A DNA stretch of 64,000 bases from Actinomycetota bacterium (GTDB taxonomy: Bacteria > Actinomycetota > CADDZG01 > WHSQ01), in contig JACCXF010000202.1 in NCBI GenBank assembly GCA_013697295.1, forward strand, positions 4,027 to 68,026, in the 5' to 3' direction. The translations under genes and the position numbers were made by a program. This document shows, in pieces, positions 36,319 through 48,208 of the stretch (position 1 is its first letter; the number at the start of each line of letters is the position of its first letter). The notes under the pieces are model-generated. The model saw only the letters and a program-made list of their open reading frames with translations, made no database searches and was not told the DNA's origin.

Positions 36319-36534
36319 GCTAACACTCACTCCAGTTGGCTGCGGCACTCCAGTGCTTGGCTGCGTCACCGCCACCTCGGCGCCGGCCTCGGCCGCGGTG
36401 GCGACCAACCTTCGAGCTGCGGCGACCGCTCCAGAGTCTGCTGCTCCTGGAGCGACTACCCCTGCAGCGGCCCCGCCAACATTCGCAGCGAGGTCGCGCG
36501 CTCGTCCAACCACTCCCCGGTCAGAATCATCCAT
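35671..36534 (-). CDS. extremely basic repeat protein (about 30 TTGRKK/STGRKK-type hexapeptides)
   Basis: 287 aa. ATG 36534 has a strong SD (GGGGAGGAG, 5-nt spacing). An Ala/Gly/Val-rich acidic N-terminus of about 70 aa is followed by about 215 aa of K/R/T/S/G/A repeats. Confidence 0.75.
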   Translation of the reverse strand: MDDSDRGVVGRARDLAANVGGAAAGVVAPGAADSGAVAAARRLVATAAEAGAEVAVTQPSTGVPQPTGVSVSSTGRRKTTGRKKTTARRKSTGRKSTAGKSTGRKKTTGRKKTTGRKTTARKSTGRKKTTARKTTGRKSTARKAAGRKAAATRKRTTARRKAAGRKGGKATARKKSTGRKKTTGRKKTTGRKSTARRAAGRKAAATRKRTTARRKAAGRKGAARRKSTGRKKTTGRKSTGRKKTTGRKSTARKSTRGKATGTRRKATGSKSTARRKPASRRKTIRRR

Positions 36535-36625
36535 GCTTTCTCCTCCCCGTTGTCCGATAAGAACAACATCTACACACGCTAGGTGCCTTTTCCAACTTGT
36601 GCATGGTCAAACTTAGTCTGAAAGC

Positions 36626-36675
36626 GAAACGCATTGCAAGCAGAACTCGATGTTCGTGTCGATGAATGCGTTTTC
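36626..36675 (-). terminator. hairpin downstream of the atp operon and zinc-ribbon gene
   Basis: GAAACGCATT / AATGCGTTT(T)C, 10 bp with one bulge and a 29-nt loop, in an AT-richer spacer. The trailing U-tract is weak. Confidence 0.3.
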
Positions 36676-36765
36676 AAGTTCGGGAGTGTGGGCACCGACG
36701 CGCTACTCGCGGATCGACCAGTCAGCTCGTCGGGGATCGCGTTGAGGAGATTCCAGAGAAAGAAG

Positions 36766-36975
36766 TTAGGTGCCCGACCCGGGATCGACGTCGAGGCGGG
36801 CTTCGATGAGCCAGAGGTTCCGCCGTACGCAGTCGGTACAGAGCGCAACTCTTCGCCCGTTGGCCTCGGGCATCTCTTCCCACCCGATCGGCACCAACCC
36901 GTGTTTGCGGGTCTCCGATGCGCCGCAGCCGGAGCAGTGGACCCGGTTCCTGAGGTTGCTCGGCGCCTCGGACAT
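36766..36975 (-). CDS. small zinc-ribbon-like protein downstream of atpC
   Basis: 69 aa with CSGC and CTDC pairs, 14 nt after the atpC stop. Confidence 0.55.
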   Translation of the reverse strand: MSEAPSNLRNRVHCSGCGASETRKHGLVPIGWEEMPEANGRRVALCTDCVRRNLWLIEARLDVDPGSGT

Positions 36976-36989
36976 AAGAGCTGTTGGCC

Positions 36990-37400
36990 CTACTGCCCTT
37001 TGCTCTCCGCGATCTCTACGCGCGCCATCTCGACTCGCAGAGACGCCTCGACCCGCTGATCCGTGTCCTCATTCGACTCTCTCCGAGCCTCCTCGAGGCG
37101 TCTCTTGGCTTCGGACACGTCGATGTCGGCAGCGCGTTCGGCATCGTCGGCGAGAACGATGACGTGGTACTCGTCGCCTGAGCCGGAAGCTTCGAGGAAG
37201 CCTCCGGGCACGAAGTACTCGTCCCGATCGTTGTCCGACACCACGGTCAGTCTGCCCGGCACCAGAGCAGCCAGGAAGGGGATGTGTCCGCGCATGATGC
37301 CGAACTCACCTTCGGGAGAGCGCGCGATCACGAGCTCTGCCTCCCCCTCCCAGAGCTTCTCCTCGGGTGACACGATAGTGACGTCCATCTTCTCGGCCAC
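36990..37400 (-). CDS. atpC: ATP synthase F1 epsilon subunit
   Basis: 136 aa, position after atpD, typical N-terminal beta-sandwich sequence (VTIVSPEEKLWEGEAELV). Confidence 0.9.
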   Translation of the reverse strand: MAEKMDVTIVSPEEKLWEGEAELVIARSPEGEFGIMRGHIPFLAALVPGRLTVVSDNDRDEYFVPGGFLEASGSGDEYHVIVLADDAERAADIDVSEAKRRLEEARRESNEDTDQRVEASLRVEMARVEIAESKGQ

Positions 37401-37402
37401 GG

Positions 37403-39824
<2,422 letters not shown>

Positions 39825-39830
39825 CCCGGC

Positions 39831-41627
39831 CTAGCCTTCCTTTTGATCTTCGGGATCGTCGTCCTTGGAGTCGTCGTCCTTGGAGTCGTCGTCCTTGGAG
39901 GCTGCGGACTCCTTGGAGGCTGCGGACTCCTTGGAGTCGTCGTCAGAGTCGCCGTCATCTGAGGTGTCCTTCTCCTCTTGCTCCGCCTCCTGGCTGCTAG
40001 CGCTGGCGGCGTCTCCGCTCTCCGCGGCCGGGGTGTCGCTTGCCTCCGGGACGCCCTCTTCGGCAGCCACCGTTTCGACGGTGTCCACCTTCTCGGTGAA
40101 GGATGACTTGAACTCGTCGATTGCCTCACGAAGCCGGTTGTCGAGCTCCTCTTCGAGCTTGCCGCTCTCGCTGATGGCTTCTCCGATGTCGGAGTGGCGC
40201 GAGCGCATGTGGTCGAGCAAGCCTCGTTCGAAATCGGACACCGATTTGATCGGCAGGTCGTCCAAGAACCCGTTGGTGACGGCGAAGATGGAGATGACTT
40301 GATCCTCGATCGGATACGGCGTGTACTGCCGCTGCTTGAGGATCTCGACAACTCGGGCGCCCCGGTCGAGTTGGGCCTGCGATGCCTTGTCGAGATCGGA
40401 GCCGAACTCCGCGAAGGACTCGAGCTCGCGGAACTGTGCGAGGTCGAGGCGCAGCCTCCCGGCGACCTTCTTCATCGCTTTCGTCTGCGCGTTGCCACCG
40501 ACCCTCGACACCGAGATACCCACGTTGATCGCGGGCCTGACGCCCGAGAAGAAGAGGTCCGATTCGAGATAGATCTGACCGTCCGTGATCGAGATTACGT
40601 TCGTCGGGATGTAGGCGGAGACGTCCCCGCCCTTCGTCTCGATGAGGGGAAGGGCGGTCAGCGACCCTCCGCCGTTCTCGTCCGATAGCTTGGCGGCCCG
40701 CTCGAGCAGTCTCGAGTGGAGGTAGAAGACGTCGCCGGGATAAGCCTCGCGGCCCGGGGGCCGGCGGAGCAAAAGCGAAAGTTGCCGGTAGGCGATCGCC
40801 TGCTTGGAGAGGTCGTCGTACACGATCAGCGCGTGCTCGCCGTTCTCCATCCAGTCCTGTCCCATCGCGCAGCCCGAGTACGGGGCGAGGTACTGGAAGG
40901 GGGCGGGATCAGAAGCGGGTGCGTTGACTATGACCGTGTATTCGAGAGCGCCTGCTTCTTCGAGCGAAGCTACGACCTCGGCGACTGTCGATGCTTTCTG
41001 ACCGATGGCGACGTAGATACACTTCACCTGATCGTCGCCGCCCCATTCCCCGCGCTGGTTGATGATGGCGTCGATGGCGATCGCGGTCTTTCCCGTCTGA
41101 CGGTCGCCGATGATCAGCTGACGCTGTCCGCGCCCGATGGGGATCATCCCGTCGATGGCTTTGATGCCGGTCTGAAGAGGCTCGGTCACCGGCTGACGTG
41201 CGGTTACACCCGGGGCCTGGACCTCTAGGGGTCGTCGGGACTCCGACTTGATGGGGCCCTTGCCGTCCACCGGCTCGCCCAGAGCGTTCACCACGCGGCC
41301 GAGCATCCCGTCGCCGACGGGAACCGAGAGGATCTGGCCGGTCTGCTTGACCGGGCTCCCCTCCTCGATATGGGCGGCCTCGCCGAGGATGACGCAGCCG
41401 ATCTCGTCCTCTTCGAGGTTCATCGCTAGCCCGACGACGCCGCCTGGGAACTCGAGCATCTCGTTCGCCATCGCGCCCGGTAGGCCGGAGACGCGTGCGA
41501 TCCCGTCGCCCACCTCGTTGACGCGGCCAACCTCCTTGCGTTCGAGGCTCGGCTTGAAATCCGAGACGTGGCGGCGGAGGGCGGAAGAGATCTCCTCCGG
41601 TCTGATCGTGAGGTCGGTGTCTGCCAC
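39831..41627 (-). CDS. atpA: ATP synthase F1 alpha subunit with long acidic C-terminal extension
   Basis: Walker [12 protein letters not shown] and the full alpha core up to ..AIDEFKSSF, then about 88 extra residues rich in D, E, S and K. Confidence 0.95.
   Translation of the reverse strand: MADTDLTIRPEEISSALRRHVSDFKPSLERKEVGRVNEVGDGIARVSGLPGAMANEMLEFPGGVVGLAMNLEEDEIGCVILGEAAHIEEGSPVKQTGQILSVPVGDGMLGRVVNALGEPVDGKGPIKSESRRPLEVQAPGVTARQPVTEPLQTGIKAIDGMIPIGRGQRQLIIGDRQTGKTAIAIDAIINQRGEWGGDDQVKCIYVAIGQKASTVAEVVASLEEAGALEYTVIVNAPASDPAPFQYLAPYSGCAMGQDWMENGEHALIVYDDLSKQAIAYRQLSLLLRRPPGREAYPGDVFYLHSRLLERAAKLSDENGGGSLTALPLIETKGGDVSAYIPTNVISITDGQIYLESDLFFSGVRPAINVGISVSRVGGNAQTKAMKKVAGRLRLDLAQFRELESFAEFGSDLDKASQAQLDRGARVVEILKQRQYTPYPIEDQVISIFAVTNGFLDDLPIKSVSDFERGLLDHMRSRHSDIGEAISESGKLEEELDNRLREAIDEFKSSFTEKVDTVETVAAEEGVPEASDTPAAESGDAASASSQEAEQEEKDTSDDGDSDDDSKESAASKESAASKDDDSKDDDSKDDDPEDQKEG
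39855..39935 (-). repeat. in-frame tandem repeats in the atpA tail (3 x 15 bp, 2 x 18 bp)
   Basis: (A/G)TCGTCGTCCTTGGA x3 (39855-39899) encodes SKDDD x3. GGCTGCGGACTCCTTGGA x2 (39900-39935) encodes SKESAA x2. Confidence 0.9.
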
Positions 41628-42160
41628 TAGCCGCTCACCTGCTCCTTCAGCTGCTCGAGACGGCGCCGGACGCTGCCGTCGATGACGGTGTCTCCGATCT
41701 TTGCGACGACCCCTCCGACGACGGACGGATCGACAAGAACCTTTACCTGCACCTTCTTGCCGGTTGCCTTGGAAAGCGCGGTCGCCAACGCTTCTCGCTG
41801 TTTATCGTCAAGCGGGATCGCAGACCGGACCTCGGCGAGCACGGATTGACGCGCTTCGGCGGCGAGTTCGCTCAGTTCCGAGAGGATCGTCGGCAACTGT
41901 CGAGCCCGACCCTGGGCGACGATGAAGGTCAGCAGGCCAAGGGTGTGCTTCGACACCTTGTCCGACAGTAGCTCGTCCAGCACCTTGATGCGCTGTATCT
42001 GGTCGATGCTCTTGTCGGACAGGGCCTGCTTCAACTCGTGGTTCGAATCGAGGAGCTTTCCGAAGCGATAGAGCTCGTCCTCTACCCGATCGAGTTCTCC
42101 CTCGGCTTGAACGACGCTGAAGAGGGCCTCCGCGTACCCATGGGTGAGCTGGTCAGCCAT
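41627..42160 (-). CDS. atpH: ATP synthase F1 delta subunit
   Basis: 177 aa, OSCP-like, positioned between atpF and atpA. Its stop overlaps the atpA GTG. Confidence 0.9.
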   Translation of the reverse strand: MADQLTHGYAEALFSVVQAEGELDRVEDELYRFGKLLDSNHELKQALSDKSIDQIQRIKVLDELLSDKVSKHTLGLLTFIVAQGRARQLPTILSELSELAAEARQSVLAEVRSAIPLDDKQREALATALSKATGKKVQVKVLVDPSVVGGVVAKIGDTVIDGSVRRRLEQLKEQVSG

Positions 42161-42164
42161 ATTT

Positions 42165-42725
42165 TTATCGCCCGTTCCCGTTGCCGCTCATGCTCGAGAC
42201 CTCTTTGATGTACGCGTCCACCATGTCGCGTTGACTAGCGTCATCGAGCGAACGGCCGACGACCTTCTCGGCGAGCTCGATAGACAGATCAGCGATCTGG
42301 CCCTGCAGTTCCTGGATCGTGCGCCGGCGCTCGGCCTCGATCTGCTCCTTGGCTTTGCCCACGACGCCCTCGGCGTCCTTCTCGGCCTTGGCGACGATGT
42401 CCTTGCGTACCTGCTCTGCCTGCTGCCGCGCCTCCTCGATCACCCGGTTCGCCTCACTTCGGGCGTCCGCGAGTTGCTCCTTGTAATCGCTCAGCATCTT
42501 CTTGGCCTCGTTCTTCGTTTTCTCCGCCTCTTCGAGCGAGTTCCGAACGGTCGACTCGCGCTCGCGCACGGTTTTCTCGATCCGGGGCCACACGAACTTC
42601 CCGAGCAGGATCGCCACCACGAGAAAGGCCAGCGCCCCCCCGATCAGCTCGGCGGCGGGAGGCAGCACGAGGTCGAGCCCGGTGCGAGCTTCCTCCGCCG
42701 CCGTGATCATCAAGTTGCTTCCCAC
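42165..42725 (-). CDS. atpF: ATP synthase F0 subunit b
   Basis: 186 aa with a single N-terminal transmembrane segment and a long charged helix. Confidence 0.9.
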   Translation of the reverse strand: MGSNLMITAAEEARTGLDLVLPPAAELIGGALAFLVVAILLGKFVWPRIEKTVRERESTVRNSLEEAEKTKNEAKKMLSDYKEQLADARSEANRVIEEARQQAEQVRKDIVAKAEKDAEGVVGKAKEQIEAERRRTIQELQGQIADLSIELAEKVVGRSLDDASQRDMVDAYIKEVSSMSGNGNGR

Positions 42726-42744
42726 TACGATCAGCTCCTGTCGA

Positions 42745-43017
<273 letters not shown>

Positions 43018-43857
43018 CTAAGCGGTCGCTAATTCGGTTTCGTATTGCGGTTCTCTGTCTTCGCTCTGATCGCGGGCGGGCTCAGCCGCGTGCTCTTCCT
43101 CGCCTCCGTGGCCGTGGAGAGATTCGGCGATGTAGAAAGCCGTCAGCGTGGTGAAGATGTAGGCCTGGATCGCGATCACCAGCAGCTCGAACACGATCAG
43201 GATGCACGCGACCAGGAACGTGACCACACTCAGTCCCTTGCCGAGGATGTTGCTGCCGAGCAACAGGCTCTCGGTGAACAAGAAGAAGACCGTCAGCAGA
43301 ACGTGTCCTGCCATCATGTTGGCGAACAGCCGGATCGCCAGGGTCAGTGGCCGGATGACGAAGACGGAGAAGAACTCGATCGGCGTCAGGATGAAGTAGA
43401 TCGGCCATGGCACGCCCGGGGGGAACAGCGTCTCTTTGAAGTAACTGAGTCCCTGATGCTTGATCCCGACGGCGTTGAACCAGATCCAGCTCAGCAGCGC
43501 CAGGATCGCCGGGATCGCCATGCGCGATGTCACGGGGAAGTTGATGCCGGGGACGATCTCGAGCAGGTTGCTGAAGAAGATGAAATAGAAGAAGGTCGCC
43601 AGTCCGGGAGCGTATTTCGCCCCCTCGGGGCCGATGACATCGATCGCGATGTTGTTCCGAACGAACAGGTACCCGACCTCGGTCACGTTCTGCAAGCCCT
43701 TGGGCACGAGACTCTTCTGCCGAACCCCAAGAAGGAAGAACCCGACCGTCATCAATGCGGCGAGGTACATGAGGAGTACTACACGGTTGATCTCGAACAG
43801 CGTTCCTTCGAACCAGATGGGTTCCCAGATGAACAAGTGGAAGACGTCAAGCTCCAT
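43018..43857 (-). CDS. atpB: ATP synthase F0 subunit a
   Basis: 279 aa polytopic protein with the conserved Arg region (LAIRLFANMMAGH). Confidence 0.95.
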   Translation of the reverse strand: MELDVFHLFIWEPIWFEGTLFEINRVVLLMYLAALMTVGFFLLGVRQKSLVPKGLQNVTEVGYLFVRNNIAIDVIGPEGAKYAPGLATFFYFIFFSNLLEIVPGINFPVTSRMAIPAILALLSWIWFNAVGIKHQGLSYFKETLFPPGVPWPIYFILTPIEFFSVFVIRPLTLAIRLFANMMAGHVLLTVFFLFTESLLLGSNILGKGLSVVTFLVACILIVFELLVIAIQAYIFTTLTAFYIAESLHGHGGEEEHAAEPARDQSEDREPQYETELATA

Positions 43858-43861
43858 GTAT

Positions 43862-44278
43862 TCAGCTCCTCGTCTTGGGCACGGTGGCCATCGACTGTTT
43901 CTTCTCGGGATCGATCTTCAAGAAAGCGCTCGCAGCTTCCCAGACCACGACGCCGAGGTGGCTTCCGATCAGAACGATCCCCACCACCGTCAGCTCGATG
44001 TACTCGATGCCGCGCAGAACGAGGAGACCAACGACGACGAGACCCATCCCGGCAGCCAGCGCCGCTATCGCCCCGATCACCAGCAGATCTGGACGATTCT
44101 CGGCCAGGCCCCCGATGATGCGACCGGCGAGCCAGAGGTTAGCGAGGGTGAGAGCGATGCCGGCTGCTCCCGAGACGGCGTAGCGAGGACCTTCAGCGGC
44201 CAAGAGGATTCCGATCACGAGCGGAGCGAACAGGAGTCCTCGTCGGATCATCCGGCGCACCATCTCGAGTTCGATCAA
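43862..44278 (-). CDS. atpI: ATP synthase protein I-like membrane protein
   Basis: About 138 aa with 4 hydrophobic segments, upstream of atpB. Start set at TTG 44278 (TTGA overlap with the upstream stop, SD GAGGGA); ORF maximum is 44380. Confidence 0.7.
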   Translation of the reverse strand: MIELEMVRRMIRRGLLFAPLVIGILLAAEGPRYAVSGAAGIALTLANLWLAGRIIGGLAENRPDLLVIGAIAALAAGMGLVVVGLLVLRGIEYIELTVVGIVLIGSHLGVVVWEAASAFLKIDPEKKQSMATVPKTRS

Positions 44279-44541
44279 GCTTTCCCTCTCCCTTGCGTGT
44301 GCACGTAGACATGCACGATGCCGCCTATCCAACCGACCACCCCGCCGGCCACCTGAGCCCACGGGTCCGTGTCCCACCAACCGTCGAGCAGTCGTCCGAT
44401 GAACCAGAACAAGGCAACGGCCCCGGCGAACTCGAAGGCCAACGACATCGCCTTGCCGAAGTCGGCCGAGCCTCGATACCTATCCGGAGGTTTGCTCACC
44501 TCGTCTGGATCCGCCCCCTCTTCCAACCGTCCCGGCCCCAT
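44275..44541 (-). CDS. AtpZ/AtpI-family small membrane protein
   Basis: 88 aa with two hydrophobic helices (LAFEFAGAVALFWFIG, VAGGVVGWIGGIV). It is the first gene of the atp cluster. Confidence 0.65.
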   Translation of the reverse strand: MGPGRLEEGADPDEVSKPPDRYRGSADFGKAMSLAFEFAGAVALFWFIGRLLDGWWDTDPWAQVAGGVVGWIGGIVHVYVHTQGRGKA

Positions 44542-44629
44542 CGTTCTCGTCCGTGAGCCGTGCGACTCTCGAGCGATGCAGGGGGCCGTGGAGGGCTATC
44601 GAGCGGTCGAAGCCTAACCCAGCCTCCGC

Positions 44630-44647
44630 TTGTGAATTCTTTCACAA
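44630..44647. promoter_or_regulatory. Rex-type (also CRP/GlxR-compatible) operator TTGTGAA-TTCT-TTCACAA
   Basis: Perfect inverted repeat in the 150-bp spacer upstream of the atp cluster, about 90 nt before the atpZ start. Matches TTGTGAA-N4-TTCACAA and TGTGA-N6-TCACA. Confidence 0.55.
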
Positions 44648-44691
44648 AGTCCCGGATACCTCAACCCGTCCCCTCGCGGGGTGGCATGTGG

Positions 44692-45801
44692 CTAGGTGCG
44701 ACCGTCCAGCAGCTTGGTGAGGAGCGGAAAGAGCGTGTAGATGACGATCGCGGCCACGGCCACCGGGAGAGCGAAGATCACGCCCGAGCTGTCGAGGAAG
44801 CTGAACGCAAGTCCGGCCCCCGCGGCGAGCGCCGACCAGATGTACATCACGATGACGGCTTGACGATGCCCGTGGCCGAGGTCCATCAAGCGATGGTGGA
44901 TGTGCTGCTTGTCCGCCAAGAAGACGTTCCGGCGTTTGCGCGCTCGCCGGACGATCGCCAGGAGCGAGTCCGCGATCGGCAAGGCCAGAACGGCTAGCGG
45001 GATCAGCAACGGGAAGTACGCCAGGAAGACCGCCGAGCCCGAATTCGAAAGTGGGATAGACGGTGCGCTCCCGATGCCGGCGATAGTCGCTCCTCCCAGC
45101 GCGAGACCCAGGAGCATGCTGCCGGAGTCGCCCATGAAGATCTTCGCCGGATAGAAGTTGTGGCGGAGGAAGCCCAATGTTGCTCCGACGATGATGATCG
45201 CGAGCAGAGGAGCTGACGGCGTCAGGTAGCCACCGTTTTCAGCTATCTGATACGTGTAAACGAAGAACGAACTGGCTGCGATCGCGACGATTCCCGCCGC
45301 CAGCCCGTCGAGTCCGTCCACGAGGTTGATGGCGTTCATCATCGCCACCAGCCAGATGACGGTCACGAGCACCGAGACGTCGTCGCTTAGCGAGAGGGTC
45401 TGGGTCGGCAGCAGGAGGTAGTTCATCTTGACTCCGGACAGAAACAAGAGCCCGGCCGCGAAGGTCTGTCCTGCGAGCTTCACCGGCGCGGGGAGAGCGC
45501 GCGCGTCATCCACGGCCCCCAACGCGAAGATAACGAGTGCCCCGGCTGCGATCCCCATCGGCTCGGTCGTGGCGAATACCGTGTTGAACTCGGTGCCTGG
45601 GAGGAACCGGGCTACCACTCCCCCGCCGATCAACCCGAAGAAAAGCGCGAGGCCCCCCAGGGTTGGAGTGGGACGTGCGTGCACCTTGCGGTCGCTCGGC
45701 CGGTCGATGAGGTTCACTTTCACTGCGAACGCACGGACGACGGGCGTCATCACATAAGTGATCACAAACGCGGTGAACCCGACGACGAGATAGGCGCTCA
45801 C
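44692..45801 (-). CDS. wecA: MraY/WecA-family (GT4) undecaprenyl-phosphate GlcNAc-1-phosphate transferase
   Basis: 369 aa polytopic protein with NAINLVDGLDGLA and FMGDSGS motifs. Same position as rfe in mycobacteria. Confidence 0.85.
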   Translation of the reverse strand: MSAYLVVGFTAFVITYVMTPVVRAFAVKVNLIDRPSDRKVHARPTPTLGGLALFFGLIGGGVVARFLPGTEFNTVFATTEPMGIAAGALVIFALGAVDDARALPAPVKLAGQTFAAGLLFLSGVKMNYLLLPTQTLSLSDDVSVLVTVIWLVAMMNAINLVDGLDGLAAGIVAIAASSFFVYTYQIAENGGYLTPSAPLLAIIIVGATLGFLRHNFYPAKIFMGDSGSMLLGLALGGATIAGIGSAPSIPLSNSGSAVFLAYFPLLIPLAVLALPIADSLLAIVRRARKRRNVFLADKQHIHHRLMDLGHGHRQAVIVMYIWSALAAGAGLAFSFLDSSGVIFALPVAVAAIVIYTLFPLLTKLLDGRT

Positions 45802-45808
45802 GAGAGCC

Positions 45809-47074
45809 CTACTCCACGTCCGGATACGGCCTGAAACGCTCGGTAAGCTCCCGCACGCGCGCGCGGACCTCGTTCTTGGCGGACTCGGAATCGTCCTTGA
45901 GCGTCGTGGCTATGAGCCGGGCGACCTCCGAGGCTTCGGTCTCTTTCATGCCACACGTCGTGATCGCAGGGGTTCCCACACGGATGCCGGAGGCAATGAA
46001 CGGCTTCTCTGGGTCGTATGGGATCGCGTTCTTGTTCGCGGTGATGCCGACCTCGTCGAGCCGTGCCTCGGCCTCCTTGCCGGTGACGTTCACCGAACGA
46101 ACATCCACGAGCATCAGGTGGTTCTCGGTTTTCCCCGAGACGATGCGAAGGCCCTCCCGACTGAAGGTCTGCGCCATGGCTGCCGCGTTGGCGACGACCT
46201 GCTTGGAGTAGGACCGGAAGTCCTCACTTTGGGCCTCCTTGAACGCAACCGCCTTCGCCGCGATCGAATGCATCATCGGGCCGCCCTGCCACCCGGGGAA
46301 GACGGCTTTGTCGATGGCCTTCGCGTGCTCTTCGCGGCACATGATCATGGCTCCCCTGGGTCCACGCAGGGTCTTGTGCGTCGTGCACGTAACGATGTCG
46401 GCGAACTCGACGGGATTGGGATGAACGCCACCGGCCACCAGCCCGATGAAGTGCGCTGCGTCAACGAGGAGCAATGCGCCAACTTCCTCAGCGATGGCTT
46501 TGAAGCGGGCGAAATCCCAGATCCGGCTGTAGGCCGAGTAGCCGGCGACGAGCATCTTCGGGCGCTCGCGGCGAGCCACATCCGCAACTTGGTCGTAGTC
46601 GATCGTCTCATCGTCCTTACTGACGCCATAGGAGACGACTTTGAACAGCCTGCCCGAAAAGCTGACCGGCGACCCATGGGTGAGGTGCCCTCCGTGAGCG
46701 AGCTCCATGCCCATGATCGTGTCGCCCGGTTCGAGGAAGGCGAAATATGCGGCCACGTTCGCTTGGGCACCTGCGTGGGGTTGAACGTTCACGTGGTCTG
46801 CGCCGAAGATCTGTTTCGCGCGCTCGATCGCCAGGTTCTCAACGATGTCTACGTACTCGCACCCGCCGTAATAACGACGCCCCGGGTATCCCTCGGCGTA
46901 CTTGTTCGTCAAAGGGGTCCCCAAAGCAGCGAGGACCGCTGTTGAAGAGAAATTCTCCGAGGCGATCAGCTCGATCTTCGTGTTCTCGCGATGGACCTCG
47001 GCCATGATCGCCTCGGCCGCCTCCGGATCGATCTTCTCGACGGCCTGCCAGTCGGCCCATCCCGGATTGCTCAT
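45809..47074 (-). CDS. glyA: serine hydroxymethyltransferase
   Basis: PLP-lysine region [16 protein letters not shown] 47074 overlaps the rpiB stop (ATGA); the GTG at 47080 is the ORF maximum. Confidence 0.95.
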   Translation of the reverse strand: MSNPGWADWQAVEKIDPEAAEAIMAEVHRENTKIELIASENFSSTAVLAALGTPLTNKYAEGYPGRRYYGGCEYVDIVENLAIERAKQIFGADHVNVQPHAGAQANVAAYFAFLEPGDTIMGMELAHGGHLTHGSPVSFSGRLFKVVSYGVSKDDETIDYDQVADVARRERPKMLVAGYSAYSRIWDFARFKAIAEEVGALLLVDAAHFIGLVAGGVHPNPVEFADIVTCTTHKTLRGPRGAMIMCREEHAKAIDKAVFPGWQGGPMMHSIAAKAVAFKEAQSEDFRSYSKQVVANAAAMAQTFSREGLRIVSGKTENHLMLVDVRSVNVTGKEAEARLDEVGITANKNAIPYDPEKPFIASGIRVGTPAITTCGMKETEASEVARLIATTLKDDSESAKNEVRARVRELTERFRPYPDVE

Positions 47075-47520
47075 GTGCACTCCTCGTTCTCGATCTCGGA
47101 TATCTGCCCGATCCTGCGCTGGTGACGCTCTCCTTCGAACCCGGTCGCCAAGAAGGTCCCTACGATCGCCTCGGCGAAAGTTGGGGCCACGATGCGCCCC
47201 CCAAGCGCAAGGACGTTCGCGTCGTTGTGCTTCCGGGCGAGCCGCGCCGTGAACTCATCGAGACAGAGGGCGGCCCGGACCCCGTGAACCTTGTTCGCGG
47301 CGATCTGCTCACCCTGGCCGCTGCCCCCCATGACGATGCCGAGATCCGCGTCCCCGCCGGTGACTGCTCGTCCGACGGCGGCACATATCGGAGGGTAATC
47401 GACCGGCTCCTCGGATCCGGTCCCCAGATCGATGACCTCGTGACCCTCGTCGATGAGGTATTTGGCGAGATGCGACTTGAGCAGATATCCAGCGTGATCC
47501 GAACCCAGGGCCACTCTCAC
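47071..47520 (-). CDS. rpiB: ribose-5-phosphate isomerase B
   Basis: [16 protein letters not shown]-terminus; 149 aa. Confidence 0.9.
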   Translation of the reverse strand: MRVALGSDHAGYLLKSHLAKYLIDEGHEVIDLGTGSEEPVDYPPICAAVGRAVTGGDADLGIVMGGSGQGEQIAANKVHGVRAALCLDEFTARLARKHNDANVLALGGRIVAPTFAEAIVGTFLATGFEGERHQRRIGQISEIENEECT

Positions 47521-47557
47521 GCCCGCATCCTATCCAGGCGGCCCCCCAACGGCGTTG

Positions 47558-48103
47558 CTATCCCTGCGGCTCGCCGCAGATGATCGCGACCAGGGCGTCG
47601 GTCCCCAGCCGGAGGTCACTCACGCATCGATCGTAGGCGCCGGCCGGAAGCCCGATCGGATCGTCCACGTCGAGGCTCCGGCGAGGCTCGGGGCGGGCCC
47701 CCTCCAGCAGGGCCTGGAGGCGATCCCCCGGGGAGTCGGCGACCGCGGCGCCTGCTCTCATCTCGATCTCGGGGATGGCCTTGATCATCACGAGCTTGCC
47801 CGCCGCCTCAGGGGCAACCTCGAGGATCTCGCGCACGTGGACGCTCGTCATCGCCACTACGAGATCCGCTTGGTTCACTTCGTCCGGGTCGAGGGGTCTC
47901 GTGCGATGAGCCGAGAGGTCGATGCCCCGCTCGCGGAGAGCGTTCACCGCCGACTCAGCGGCCCCGTACCCCGCCTCAGCCCAGGTTCCGGACGATGCGA
48001 CCTCGACTCCGTCGCAATCTCTCCCGCTCAGCGCCTCGCGCATGAGCGACTCGGCCATGGGCGAACGACACAGGTTCCCGGTGCAAACCATCAGTACCTT
48101 CAC
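47558..48103 (-). CDS. low-molecular-weight protein-tyrosine phosphatase
   Basis: CX5R(S) loop VLMVCTGNLCRSPMAE and the DP motif (VDDPIG). Confidence 0.85.
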   Translation of the reverse strand: MKVLMVCTGNLCRSPMAESLMREALSGRDCDGVEVASSGTWAEAGYGAAESAVNALRERGIDLSAHRTRPLDPDEVNQADLVVAMTSVHVREILEVAPEAAGKLVMIKAIPEIEMRAGAAVADSPGDRLQALLEGARPEPRRSLDVDDPIGLPAGAYDRCVSDLRLGTDALVAIICGEPQG

Positions 48104-48208
48104 GGACGGGACATTAGTCGCGCACCGGCCGGCTCCTGCGCCTGGAGCGAAATTGTTGTCGACACGGCAGGGGCAGGAGATGGCCGTGGCGGGGGTAACT
48201 TTGGGGCT

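Noticed and set aside
34804-36616. Several 250-590-aa ORFs in other frames and on the plus strand across the murA and basic-repeat-protein region.
   Set aside because: They are an artefact of the 18-bp periodic repeat, which keeps many frames open. Only the minus-strand frame 35671-36534 has a strong SD and a sensible N-terminus.
47555-48208. N-terminal 218 codons of the 718-aa track ORF containing the M32 carboxypeptidase. Similar upstream extensions appear on mnmA (to 23773), prmC (to 51419), tsaC (to 50640), the DinB-like gene (to 53166), thrC (to 62237), the 2-PG kinase (to 57863) and the aldolase (to 56860).
   Set aside because: The extensions overlap neighbouring well-supported genes, are compositionally junk-like, and precede the family-typical N-termini. 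Starts were reset using overlaps (ATGA/GTGA) and SD spacing.
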